Assembly (NCBI GenBank): GCA_965219415.1
Contig: OZ244742.1
Coordinates: forward strand, 1,376,001 to 1,440,000
From: Candidatus Marinacidobacterales bacterium
GTDB lineage: Bacteria; Acidobacteriota; Vicinamibacteria; Marinacidobacterales; DATDRI01
Reading direction: 5' to 3'
Length of the DNA: 64,000 nucleotides
Shown here: piece by piece, positions 9,043 to 18,950 of the stretch
Position numbering within the stretch: position 1 is the first letter of the stretch
Layout: each line of letters opens with the position of its first letter
Notes under the pieces: model-generated
What the model saw: the letters and a program-made list of their open reading frames with translations, nothing else
Databases searched by the model: none
Told to the model about the DNA's origin: nothing
Program-made: the position numbers and the translations under genes

Positions 9043-10770
9043 ATGATTCGACCGATTGGTTCATCCCTTCTCCTTTGCTTGCTGCTCGTCTCGGCCGGCT
9101 GTCGCACCTCCGCCGATTTCAAAGCGGGAGAGGTGGCGGAAAAAAACGGCCGGTTCGATGAAGCGGTGAGCTATTACACGCGAGCCGTCAAGGAAAATCC
9201 GAACAATTCCAACTACCGGAATAACTTGAAGCGAGCCCAATTGCGGGCGGCGGAGGCTCATGCTCTAAAGGCCACGAGACACAAGAACGCGGGCGATCTC
9301 GATGCCGCCCAAAGGGAATTGCAGCTCGCACTCGCCATGAACCCGACCGACACCAATCTGGTGCAGGATCTGGCCAAGATCGATGTTGCAATCCAAGAGA
9401 AAAACGCGAGGGCGGCGCTTACCAACATCGACCGGCTAAAGGAACAGGCTCGGGAGACGCCACTCGGCAGGCTGGAGCTCGCCCCCGGTGGCGAGGAGCC
9501 AACGGGTTTCCTCTTTCGTGAGGCGAGCTTGAGGGATGTGTTCCTGTCACTCGGCAAGATGGCTGGCGTCAACATGGTCTTCGACGGTGCATTCGCCGAC
9601 CAGACGATTTCCATCGAGCTCCACGACACCTCCTTCGAAGAGGTGCTCCGCTCTCTTTGCCAAGTCAGTCAGAACTTCTTTTATGTGCAGAGCGAGAACA
9701 TCGTAACCATCGTTCCTGACACACCCGCTAAACGACGGGAGTACGAGAAGCAGATCATGAAGACCTTCTATCTGTCTTCTGCAGACGTCAAGGAAACGAT
9801 CGATCTACTACGAATCGTTTTGGGAGCACGCCGGGTGGCGCCGCACACCGCAACGAATGCTCTGACCATCGTCGACACGCCGGAAAAAGTCGCCGCCGCG
9901 GAACGCATCATCACGACCATCGACAAGAGCCGAGCCGAAGTCATAGTCCACTTGGAGCTACTGGAGGTAAACCGAACCAGCCTGGAGGAGTACGGGATCC
10001 AGCTTCGTTCCGGGATCGAGGGTGTGGAGGGCATCACGGTCGGTGTTTTCCCCGAACAAAGCACGACTTTGGACGGGTCACCTTATGACAGCTCGAATGT
10101 TTCCGTTAGCGGTCTTCCGGGAGCCGTTGTGCAGCTCCTGCGGATGGACGGAGACACGAGGATCCTAGCGAATCCGCGGCTCCGTGCGATCGACGGCCAG
10201 ACCGCGACCGCTCAGTTCGGCGAGCGCGTCCCCATTCCCATCACCACCTTCACTCCCATCGCGCAGGGGGGCATCGCCCAACAGCCAGTCACGACGTTCG
10301 AGTACCAAAACATCGGCGTGAACATCGAGGTCACACCAAGGACGCATCACAACGATGAGGTGAGCCTGCAGCTCCGCGTTCAGCTAGACAACATTTCCGG
10401 GACGACGCTGCAAGGCTTGCCGACGTTCGGCAACCGATTCGTGGAAACGCTGCTCCGTTTGCAAGACGGTGAGACTTCCCTCCTCGCAGGACTCATCCTG
10501 ACGGAGGAAAGAACCAGCATGACCGGCTTGCCGGGATTGGCAAGCGTGCCGGTTTTAGGACGCCTGTTCGCTGCAAACAAGGATGAAGCCAGGGAAACGG
10601 ACATCGTTTTGATCCTCACCCCACGGGTTGTGAGGCGTGCCAATCTGACATTGGATGACCTTCGGTCCTATATCGTCGAGGGCGGGGCGAGCGGTGGACT
10701 TCTCTACGAGCCGCCGGTGCCAGCCCCCAGGAACCCTCGCCCCGACGACGACGAGAGGAAAAACCCCTGA
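9043..10770 (+). CDS. Secretin (GspD/PulD-like) with lipoprotein signal and N-terminal TPR
   Basis: Lipobox-like VSAGC; TPR; ILANPRLRAIDGQTA, YQNIGVNIEVTP, GLPGLASVPVLGRLF, ETDIVLILTPRVV. Confidence 0.88.
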   Translation: MIRPIGSSLLLCLLLVSAGCRTSADFKAGEVAEKNGRFDEAVSYYTRAVKENPNNSNYRNNLKRAQLRAAEAHALKATRHKNAGDLDAAQRELQLALAMNPTDTNLVQDLAKIDVAIQEKNARAALTNIDRLKEQARETPLGRLELAPGGEEPTGFLFREASLRDVFLSLGKMAGVNMVFDGAFADQTISIELHDTSFEEVLRSLCQVSQNFFYVQSENIVTIVPDTPAKRREYEKQIMKTFYLSSADVKETIDLLRIVLGARRVAPHTATNALTIVDTPEKVAAAERIITTIDKSRAEVIVHLELLEVNRTSLEEYGIQLRSGIEGVEGITVGVFPEQSTTLDGSPYDSSNVSVSGLPGAVVQLLRMDGDTRILANPRLRAIDGQTATAQFGERVPIPITTFTPIAQGGIAQQPVTTFEYQNIGVNIEVTPRTHHNDEVSLQLRVQLDNISGTTLQGLPTFGNRFVETLLRLQDGETSLLAGLILTEERTSMTGLPGLASVPVLGRLFAANKDEARETDIVLILTPRVVRRANLTLDDLRSYIVEGGASGGLLYEPPVPAPRNPRPDDDERKNP

Positions 10771-11414
10771 GCCGACGCCGGCGAAAAAGTGGCCGGCGAC
10801 GCGCTTCTAGTAGGGGGACCGCTCCCGGCGATTCTACGGCTCCGACCGAATCCCAGCCGGAAGAGGGTCCGCTTACGATCCGCCGCGTCATCAGCTTTCT
10901 TGTCCCCAGCCTCATCATGGCCGGCGCGGTGGCCGGGATTTGGTACCTTTATCAGCAATCGGGGGAGTCCAATTGGTCGGCGCCACCCAGCTCCGAGCTC
11001 CAAGCTGCGCCCGATTTCACGCTGAACGATCTGGAAGGGCATCCGGTAGGGCTCTCGAGTTACGCCGGTAAGGTGGTGATTTTGGACTTCTGGGCCACCT
11101 GGTGTGCGCCGTGCCGTTACGAAGTACCGCACTTGGTGGAGCTCCAAGAGCGTTTCGGAGCTCGAGGACTTCAGGTACTGGGCGTTACTCTGGATAGGGT
11201 GCAGACAGCGGGAGACGTGATTCCGTTCAGCCGCAAATACTCGATGAATTACCCAATCTTGTGGGCGGAGTCATCTGTCCTCGAAATGTACGGCGTGCTT
11301 TCGATTCCCGTCACCTTGCTCATCACTCGAGACGGAAAATTTTATCGGCGTTTCACCGGATTCGGTGGGAATACCGCTGACGAAATGACGAGGACCCTTC
11401 AGGAGCTCTTCTAG
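10767..11414 (+). CDS. TlpA/ResA-like membrane-anchored thiol-disulfide oxidoreductase (probable CTG start; first ATG at 10917)
   Basis: APDFTLNDLEG, GKVVILDFWATWCAPCRYEVPHL. The hydrophobic anchor begins upstream of the ATG. Confidence 0.85.
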   Translation: MSRRRRKSGRRRASSRGTAPGDSTAPTESQPEEGPLTIRRVISFLVPSLIMAGAVAGIWYLYQQSGESNWSAPPSSELQAAPDFTLNDLEGHPVGLSSYAGKVVILDFWATWCAPCRYEVPHLVELQERFGARGLQVLGVTLDRVQTAGDVIPFSRKYSMNYPILWAESSVLEMYGVLSIPVTLLITRDGKFYRRFTGFGGNTADEMTRTLQELF

Positions 11415-11476
11415 CCCGCCTTCGCCTCGGCAGTCGGACAGGAATAGAGGCTATCGCGAGGCTTCGCCGTAACAGG

Positions 11477-12262
11477 TTAGTTGGCGAGCTTGAACGTGAG
11501 TGGCACTCGGCAGAGCAGCAGTTCGTCTCCATCTTGGATCGGAGTGAGCACGCCGGTCGAGAGTTTCTTTCCGTTGAGGTAGGTGCCGTTCATACTGCCG
11601 ATCTCTCCGGCGACGTAGTGGGAACCCTCTTTATACACCAGCCGCGCGTGGCGCCGACTGACATTGCGATTGACATCCTCTTCGGTGAGATCCACCTCGG
11701 GGCGGTGACCGGTGACCGAATCGTAGCGGCCGAGTAGCACCTCGTCTTTATAGACGTGATACATCTTGCCGCTGTTCTTCGCGACGAAGTAGGCGCGGGC
11801 CGTTTCTTTCGAAGGGATGGTTGGCGTGGGCGGTGCCGGGGAAAGCCCTTCTCCCGTTGGCACGTCCGACCGTGCTCCGTCCCTAGAAACCATCATGAGT
11901 TCGAGTTGCTCGGAAAACTCCCGCATTCGCATCGAGTACTTGCGAAGCATCCGAACCGCGATTTCCGGGTTGGACCGAATCATCTCCCCGAATGTCTGGC
12001 TGTTGATGGTAATCAGGTCCGCATCCTCGAGAGCCTCGGCATCTGCGGTCCTTGGGAGGCGCTCGAGAACCGACATCTCGCCAAAGAAGTCACCCTTTTC
12101 CAGAACGGAGATCGGAGCCTTCTTCCCGGCGATGACCTTGTGGATAGACACCCTTCCCGTTTGGATGATGTACATCTCATCGCCCTCTCCCTCACGGAAG
12201 ATGTAGTCCCCCTTACCGTGGTGAGAGAGGAACTTGGCGAACGGGTCGGCCTTCTCCGACAT
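11477..12262 (-). CDS. Cyclic-nucleotide-binding domain plus C-terminal FHA domain protein
   Basis: GDFFGEMSV...PRTADA (cNMP); LLGR...VSRRHA...GSMNGTYLNG (FHA). Confidence 0.88.
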   Translation of the reverse strand: MSEKADPFAKFLSHHGKGDYIFREGEGDEMYIIQTGRVSIHKVIAGKKAPISVLEKGDFFGEMSVLERLPRTADAEALEDADLITINSQTFGEMIRSNPEIAVRMLRKYSMRMREFSEQLELMMVSRDGARSDVPTGEGLSPAPPTPTIPSKETARAYFVAKNSGKMYHVYKDEVLLGRYDSVTGHRPEVDLTEEDVNRNVSRRHARLVYKEGSHYVAGEIGSMNGTYLNGKKLSTGVLTPIQDGDELLLCRVPLTFKLAN

Positions 12263-12312
12263 AAAACCTTCGCCGCCTCGTTGGAATGAGCCCTAGACCC
12301 TTAGCTGTGAGT

Positions 12313-12341
12313 AAGATAGCATGAGGTCCCTGCCTTGTCAA
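12313..12341 (-). promoter_or_regulatory. Sigma70 promoter for the cNMP-FHA gene
   Basis: TTGACA-17 nt-TATCTT with extended -10 TG. Confidence 0.65.
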
Positions 12342-12500
12342 CCAGTGGTGCTCCGCCGTTGCCAGCACGACACACGCGTTTGACCTCCGGCTCATCGCAT
12401 GATAGCCCCCGTCCATTGTTTTGAGCTAAAGAGTCCTCCACCGGGGCTTAATCAGCAAAAAAGGCGCCGTATCGACCCAGCTTTGGTCGAATTTGAAACC

Positions 12501-13394
12501 ATGGCTCAGGACACCCAGTCAAACTACAACCAAAAACTGAGAATGGTCTTGGATGTAACCAAGGCCTTCCGATCCATCATCCATCTGGACGTGTTGCTGG
12601 ACACCATCGTCCAGACCGCCGCAGAGACGGTAGGGACCGAGGCGGGATCCATCCTCCTCATGAACGAGGATGAGAAACTCTGCTTCCACAGCGCCTACGG
12701 AACCAAGGCTTCCGAGGTCAAGCCCTTGGTGGTAACCCTGGGGGAAGGAATCGCCGGTTGGACCGCTAAGACGAGACGCGCGGCCCTGGTCAACGACGTC
12801 GCTAACGACTCTCGGTTCGACCAACGCTTTGACGAATCCACCGGTTTCACCACGCGCTCGGTATTATGCGTGCCACTACTCATCGAGCACAGAGTCATCG
12901 GGGTGTTGGAGCTGATTAACAAACTCGACAAGGCTCCCTTCGAGGAGCAGGACTTGAACATCCTTTTCAACCTCGCCGACCAGGCCGCAATCTCCATCGA
13001 GCACGTGCGCCTTCGTGATGCTCAGAACAACTACTCGACGCACGTCATCGAAATCCTCATCGGAGCGATGGATACCCATGTTCCCGTGAAAGTGGGGCAT
13101 GCCCGTCGCGTCGCCCGTTACGCCAGCTTGGTTGGACGCGGCTATCCGGAAAAATTGGAGGGCGCGGCGATTCCGCTTGGGGCCCGGATCATCGGTGCAT
13201 GCGACGCATTCGACATCATCACAAGCAAGTTTTCTTACAAATCACCCCTGCCTTACGAAATGGCCCTCCGCGAAATGGAAGCCCACTCGGGAACTCAGTT
13301 CGACCCTGACGTGGTTGCGGCCATCAAGGCGCAGGTTCAGGAAACGGACACCGTCGAGAAAACACCTTCCTCCCCACCGACCAAGACCAATTAG
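12501..13394 (+). pseudogene. GAF plus HD-GYP protein with in-frame internal deletion of the HD core
   Basis: GAF (GEGIAGW...TRSVLCVPL), then GHARRVARYASLVGR joined directly to GYPEKL...IPLGARII. The HDxGK...HHE segment present in the paralog at 47086-47805 is absent. Confidence 0.8.
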
Positions 13395-14274
13395 GCCCAC
13401 TCCTCCAAGTGGGCACCCAGCTCCAGGTTAGTGCCCTAGTGACGTGCGTTGGTAGAATCTTCGGACGGTGCGGCTTGAAGAACGTCGCGCTTACTCACCT
13501 CCCGCAGCAGAGTTACCAGATAGGCGTCGAAGCGGTGCGCGATCTGTATTAGCCCGGGAATGCTTTCGCACTTGAGGATCTCCACGAAGAAGAGCTCGAA
13601 ACCCGCCCAGTCTCGATACATCAGATACTTCAGAGAATTCTCGTAGAAATTCGCAACAATTTCCTTGAGGTCTTGCGCCAGATTTTCCTCTCGCGTCCGC
13701 TGGAAAGCGTGGACTGCGCTTAACATCTTCACCATCGAATCCTTCAGCGCGCGTGATTGTTCGAGCTTGTTCGCGAAATGATCGAAGACCGTCTTCCCTT
13801 CTAGGTCCGCATCGAAACCCTGTGCCAACTGAATTACGGACTGCTGGAAACAATCGCGGAGAATGCCATGGGAGTTCTCGATACGCATGTAGACGGTGTC
13901 CGCCCGATTATAGAAATAAAGGTCGGAAAGCTCGGAGTGAATGACCTTTCTGAGCTCCAAAGGTATGCAGTAAACGAAGCTATCAAGCGTTTCTTGCAGG
14001 ACGGTGGTTAGGCGGAGGGTCGGTGCACTCCGACGGATCGAATCTAGCAGGGTGCGCGCTTCGGAAGTGACAAGGGAGAAGATGAGGACCGTCATCCTGA
14101 GCTCGGCAGGTTTTCGCTTTTTCGGATCGGTGAACTCCAAGTAGCGAAGTAACCGAAAGAACTCCAGAAACACTGTTGCCACGAGCCGGCGCACTTCCTT
14201 ATCCTCGATTCGGTAGATGATCTCGGAAACGGCATCGCTGGTTATGCGGTCGTAGGCAGGCTTGAACTTCTTGT

Positions 14275-15709
14275 GAGTCAAGCCCATTCTTAGTTGAAAC
14301 TCTCCACGGCTCACGTTTAAGCGACCTTCTTCTTCGATACGGTTGATGTCTTCGCCTCGATCTTCAGTTTCCGCTTGAGAGCTTCGCGAAGCTTGGGAAG
14401 ATGGCGGTAGCCCACTACCTTCCTCAAGCGCGGTTCGATGTCTACGAGCGCCGTTGCCAACCAGCGCTGGCGTTGGCTCGAGTTCTTCCAGTGGTCGACC
14501 TTCGCGCAGCGTTCCTCGACGAGAGCATTGACGGACTCAAGGCAGTTCGTCGTCTTGAACGAACGGCCCAGCACCGCGTGCACGCCGAGTCGATGCAACG
14601 TCAGCGTCTCCTCGAGGCCTTCCTCCAGGCTGCCAGCTGCGGATTGGTTCCGCTCTTCTAACTCACCGTGGAGTTGCTCGAGCGCAGTGAGGGCCTCTTC
14701 GTACTCCGGCCTGTTGTAGGCCCACTGGAGCCGCTTGCGCCATGACGCCTGCTCGCCCTTGGACAGGTAGCTCACTACGTTTTCACGTTTGTGCCACTGG
14801 CAGCGTTGTATCAGGGCCCGCTTACGGAATGCCTTCTTGACTGCCGCTTGGAGACCCTTGCCGCCGTCGATGATCACCAGCAGACCCTGGGAGATATCGA
14901 GTCCCCGCTCGAGCAGTGAACGCAGGAACGGCGTCAACACCTGCGCGTTCTCCGTGTCCGTCTCCACGAAGCCCAAGAAGCGTTTTTCCCCGCAAAGCGT
15001 GATGCCCAGAGCCACGACCATCGTTGCCTCGGCGAATGTCTTCCCATCCAGAAACAGCGCCACCACATCCTCGCCGGTCAGATCCCGTTCCTGCATCTCC
15101 CGCAGCTTCGCAGCGCTCGCTTGCACGAACCCTCGGGACACCGTTGAGCTCGACAGCCCGATGGCGCCCGGAATCGCTTCCGCTGCCGCCTCGTAGTTGC
15201 GACAAGAGATTCCGTAGAGAACTCGTTTCAGCAGAAGATCATTCACCTCACCGCCGTGGCTCACCGCCTCGTAGCAGCGAAGCGGAATCTCTCCTCCCTC
15301 GATGCTCCGAACCCGTGGCACACGGATCGGTACCCGCTGGCCGCCAAGCCCTACCGTGCCCGGGTTGCTTCCGGGACGGCGACCGCGCTCCAGCTCGTCC
15401 TTGCGAGAGTATCGCTCTCCCGCCAACGCCTTCACTTCGTCGTCGAGCAACTCGTGAACGTGCATTAGACCAAGGGGGACCAACCAACGGATCATCTCTA
15501 CCTTGGCGTCCAGCGCGAGTTCCCCGTAATCCTCGTGCCTCACCATCTCGACCTCACCCAAACGACGCGACTTCTTGCGTTTCTTGACCGAACGTAGCAG
15601 ACTTCCCATCTCGGCTCCTTTCTTCGCGGCTTGATTTTGTTTTGTCCAACGCCATCAAACCACGGGGTTTGGAGCCGTTTCAATTCCCAACTAAGATTGG
15701 CACACTTTC
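14275..15709 (-). mobile_element. IS256-family insertion sequence, copy 2 (1435 bp)
   Basis: Near-identical to 620-2053. 8-bp TSD CTTCTTGT at 14267-14274 and 15710-15717. Confidence 0.95.
14317..15609 (-). CDS. IS256-family transposase
   Basis: Two amino-acid differences from copy 1 (ELVLD/ELALD, KRELK/KRKLK). Confidence 0.93.
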   Translation of the reverse strand: MGSLLRSVKKRKKSRRLGEVEMVRHEDYGELALDAKVEMIRWLVPLGLMHVHELLDDEVKALAGERYSRKDELERGRRPGSNPGTVGLGGQRVPIRVPRVRSIEGGEIPLRCYEAVSHGGEVNDLLLKRVLYGISCRNYEAAAEAIPGAIGLSSSTVSRGFVQASAAKLREMQERDLTGEDVVALFLDGKTFAEATMVVALGITLCGEKRFLGFVETDTENAQVLTPFLRSLLERGLDISQGLLVIIDGGKGLQAAVKKAFRKRALIQRCQWHKRENVVSYLSKGEQASWRKRLQWAYNRPEYEEALTALEQLHGELEERNQSAAGSLEEGLEETLTLHRLGVHAVLGRSFKTTNCLESVNALVEERCAKVDHWKNSSQRQRWLATALVDIEPRLRKVVGYRHLPKLREALKRKLKIEAKTSTVSKKKVA

Positions 15710-16469
15710 CTTCTTGTCCATCAAGAGGGACAAGTGCTCGTCTCGCCGGATCTCGCGGTAGATCAGGCGGCCGATAACTCTGAAAGGTTGCATAGGGGAC
15801 GCGCGAGAGCTTGGTCAGCTCGGAAAGGATGAGGTACAGGTCCTCGAAGCCTTCTCGCAGAAGTGTGAGGCCCACTTGGGGGCTGCTTTGGTGAAGCAGC
15901 CGTGCGACGTAGGGATCGGTGACGTCGTCCGCACGCAGGAAGTTCTCCACGTACTTGTCGAAGCGTTCCTGATTGACTCGGTCCTCGCTTGCGAGACTGG
16001 TGCACAGTTGAGTGACCCGATGAAACGGCGCTGGCCACCAAAGTCACTTCCTCGTAGAAACTCCGGAGCGCGAGGGCGTTACCGGAATCGGGAAACTGGG
16101 GCTGGTTGCTCACGCGAAAATAGCGCTCGAAGCTCTTGAGCCACATCTCGAGTTCGAAGAGGTACTCGAGCCGTTCCGATCGGCCGAGGTCCTCGATCCA
16201 TTGGGACATCTGGCCGATCAGAAACTCTGACCTATCAGACACACTACCCTCCCCCGGGGTGAGGCGCTAAGCTCATTCAGTATGGATACTTACCTTGGAT
16301 TCTATCATGGCCAGGTGGGCCCACGAAAGCGGCCGCGGGACCATAGACGGTGTAACGGAAATCAGGTAAGATAGTTATGTATAATCCTGAAAGAATCGGA
16401 GCTCCGGGGACGGGCCGGACTTGTACGACGCATAGGAGCATCCTCACCGTTCTCGGTCCAAGTCGGGAA

Positions 16470-17387
16470 ATGTCGAAGCCCTGTATTGTCTGCGTGGACG
16501 AAGAGCCAGCGCGTCTCGAGCGCTTGGCCGCCCTCATCGAGTAGAGATTCGGAGAAACCCACCAGCTTCGGTGTTATTCCTCGTCCGAGGAATGCCTCGA
16601 AGGGTTGGTTGCAATGGCAAAAGAGAATCCCCAGCTACCCGCCGTTCCTCTCGTGGCGGTGGGTCGCATGATTGGGTCGGTGGTTCACGATTTCAGGAGC
16701 CCCCTGACCGCGGTGCGCGGCTATGCGGGAATGCTGGCCACACTCACCGTCTCGGAAGAGCACCGACAAGAGTACGCGCGCCTCATCGTCGAAGAGTGCG
16801 ATCGACTGGGAGGCCTGACCGACGAACTGTTGGAGCTTACCCGTGGAAGCCGCACCAAGCCGGTCATCCGGAGAGTGGAGCTGTCGGACTTCTTCCGCGA
16901 CCTCGAACCGTCCCTCGAGGCTCAGTTCATAGACAGCGAAGTCCGCCTCAAGGTCGAGCTCGGATACCGAGGCCCGGTGGCCATGGACGCGGACCGTATG
17001 ACCCGCGCGATCCTCAACGTGGCCGCCAATGCTCGTCAGGCGATCAATGGCGCGGGCTCGTTCGCCGTCCGATCCAAGAAGGATCTCGAGCACGTCGTCT
17101 TGGAGTTCGAAGATACGGGCTACGGTATTCCAGAAGACATTCGCCATCGCATCTTCGAGCCGTTCTTCTCCTACGGCAAAGCGCAAGGAATCGGGCTGGG
17201 GATGAGCATCATTCAGCGAATCGTACAGGAGCACGGCGGCGAAACGAGTCTGAGCAGCGAGCCTGGAGTCGGAACGATCGTGAAGTTCTTGCTTCCTCTC
17301 GAAGGGGTGTTAGAGGCCGAGACTTCAAAAAAAGTTGCCGCCGTTGAACACTCCACGGCCGGAATGGGTCGTGGGCGCCGCCCGTAG
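16470..17387 (+). pseudogene. Hybrid receiver-histidine kinase with in-frame TAG and deletion of most of the REC domain
   Basis: MSKPCIVCVDEEPARLERLAALIE*RFGETH...VPLV (TAG at 16542-16544) joined to AVGRMIGSVVHDFRSPL; HATPase N, DTGYG, FEPFF and GIGLG boxes present. Confidence 0.8.
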
Positions 17388-17418
17388 GCTTAATAGCCAG
17401 ACGGTCTCCAGAACATGC

Positions 17419-17495
17419 GGGACGCCAAAAAAGGATGTGCCACCAATCAACGTGGCCAGGCGTCGGTTCGTGGCAATCCCGTCCTTTGGACGCCC
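17419..17495. other. Long imperfect intergenic hairpin between convergent genes (terminator or sRNA candidate)
   Basis: Nested pairings GGGCGTCCAAAGGA/TCCTTTTTTGGCGTCCC, TGCCAC/GTGGCA and AACCGACG/CGTTGATT on the minus strand. Confidence 0.45.
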
Positions 17496-17522
17496 ACTCA
17501 CCAGTTCCAGTTATAGCAACCC

Positions 17523-18950
17523 TCACGACACTCCACAGAGGCTTTGAAGAAGTTTCTGATGAAAACCTCCGAAGCCGCCGTTCGACATCCCCAAGACGAC
17601 ATCCCCATCATCGAGACGTTGAGTCAGGAAGTCCACGATCTCCTCGACCTCGGGGATGAACCAGGCCTCGACCCCTGCGGCACCAAGGGACTTCACGACT
17701 TCTTCCTCCGAAAGCTCTTGCTCCGACGCCAGTCGTCTACTCGAGTAGACGGCGGCTAAAACCACTCGGTCCGCAAGACCCAGCGCCCTAGCGAACTCGT
17801 CCTGAAATACCTGACTTCGAGCCGTGAAGGACCGCGGCTCGAAAACAGCCCACATCTTCCGTCCCGGCCAGCGCTGCCGAGCAGACTCCAGGGTGTGACG
17901 GATCGCCGTCGGATGATGGGCGAAATCGTCGACGACGGTGACGTCGCGCTCTTCTCCACGAACTTGCAGGCGTCGAGCGACGCCCTGGAACGAGCGCAAG
18001 CCGACCGAGATCTCTTCGGTACTCAAGCCCAAGCGATGGGCAACCGCAATAACCGCGAGAGGGTTCTTCAGCGCAGCGGCCCCCCAGAAGGGCCCGGCCA
18101 TGGACGCGTAGCGCTCACTCTCACGCCACACTTCGAAACGGCTTCCCACTTCGTCGACTTCGATCTCACGTAGCTCCCATGTGGCGGCACCACCCACTGC
18201 GAAGGTCTCCACCGGGCAAAGGGCGCGCTCCGCGATCTCTACCGCGGGCCGACTGTCCGCCCCAACGACCAACAGGCCACCCCGGGGAACCAAGTTAACC
18301 AACCGGCTGAAGGCGGTCACCACCGAATCGAGATCGGGGTAGATATCAGCGTGGTCGTACTCGACGTTGCCTAGTACTACTAGCTGAGGAAGATAGTGAA
18401 GAAACTTCGGCCCTTTGTCGAAGTAGGCAGTATCGTACTCGTCTCCCTCAATGACGAAGTTCTCTCCGGTCCCCACTTGATAGCTGTGACCAAAGTTGAG
18501 CGGGATGCCACCCACCAAGAATCCAGGATCACGCTTGGCGCTTTGAAGGACCCAGGCCATCAACGACGTCGTCGTGGTCTTCCCGTGAGTTCCCGCCATC
18601 ACCACCGGGGATCGCTCCCGCAAGAACAGGTCCTTCAAGACAGCCGGCATCGACGTATAGGGCAGATTTCGATCCAAAACCTCTTCGAGCTCGGGGTTGC
18701 CTCGAGAGATGGCGTTTCCGACCACAACCAGGTCCAGGTCGGTGGCTAGGTTGTCGGGACGGAACGGCGAGTGAACGGTAATCTCAAGCTCGGCCAGCAT
18801 CTCCGACATCGGTGGGTAAGTGTTTTCGTCGGAACCCGACACCCGGCAACCCTTCTCTTTGAGCATCCCGGCAAGAGACGCCATCGCGGTGCCGCAGATC
18901 CCGAGTAGATGTATCCGGGCTCCATCGGGTATCGGGGAGCCGAGGCTCAA
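17523..18950 (-). CDS. mpl: Murein peptide ligase Mpl
   Basis: IHLLGICGTAMASLA, GTHGKTTTT, EGDEYDTAYFDKGPKFLHY, DDFAHHPTA, MSNGGFGG. Confidence 0.93.
   Translation of the reverse strand: MSLGSPIPDGARIHLLGICGTAMASLAGMLKEKGCRVSGSDENTYPPMSEMLAELEITVHSPFRPDNLATDLDLVVVGNAISRGNPELEEVLDRNLPYTSMPAVLKDLFLRERSPVVMAGTHGKTTTTSLMAWVLQSAKRDPGFLVGGIPLNFGHSYQVGTGENFVIEGDEYDTAYFDKGPKFLHYLPQLVVLGNVEYDHADIYPDLDSVVTAFSRLVNLVPRGGLLVVGADSRPAVEIAERALCPVETFAVGGAATWELREIEVDEVGSRFEVWRESERYASMAGPFWGAAALKNPLAVIAVAHRLGLSTEEISVGLRSFQGVARRLQVRGEERDVTVVDDFAHHPTAIRHTLESARQRWPGRKMWAVFEPRSFTARSQVFQDEFARALGLADRVVLAAVYSSRRLASEQELSEEEVVKSLGAAGVEAWFIPEVEEIVDFLTQRLDDGDVVLGMSNGGFGGFHQKLLQSLCGVS

Larger units (their letters stand above)
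13436..16242 (-). pseudogene. Uncharacterised helical protein interrupted by IS256 and frameshifted in its 5' part
   Basis: Fragments 15763-16242, 15540-15950 and 13436-14274. Removing the IS restores ...LMDKKFKPAYDR. Confidence 0.75.

Noticed and set aside
16542-16544. Amber recoding (pyrrolysine or alternative code)
   Set aside because: TAG is a normal stop in many genes here, and the same gene also has a deletion.
17405-17440. c-di-GMP-I riboswitch (GGGACGC-AAA-like)
   Set aside because: Lacks the upstream GCAAAC/GNRA stem, and there is no downstream gene on that strand.
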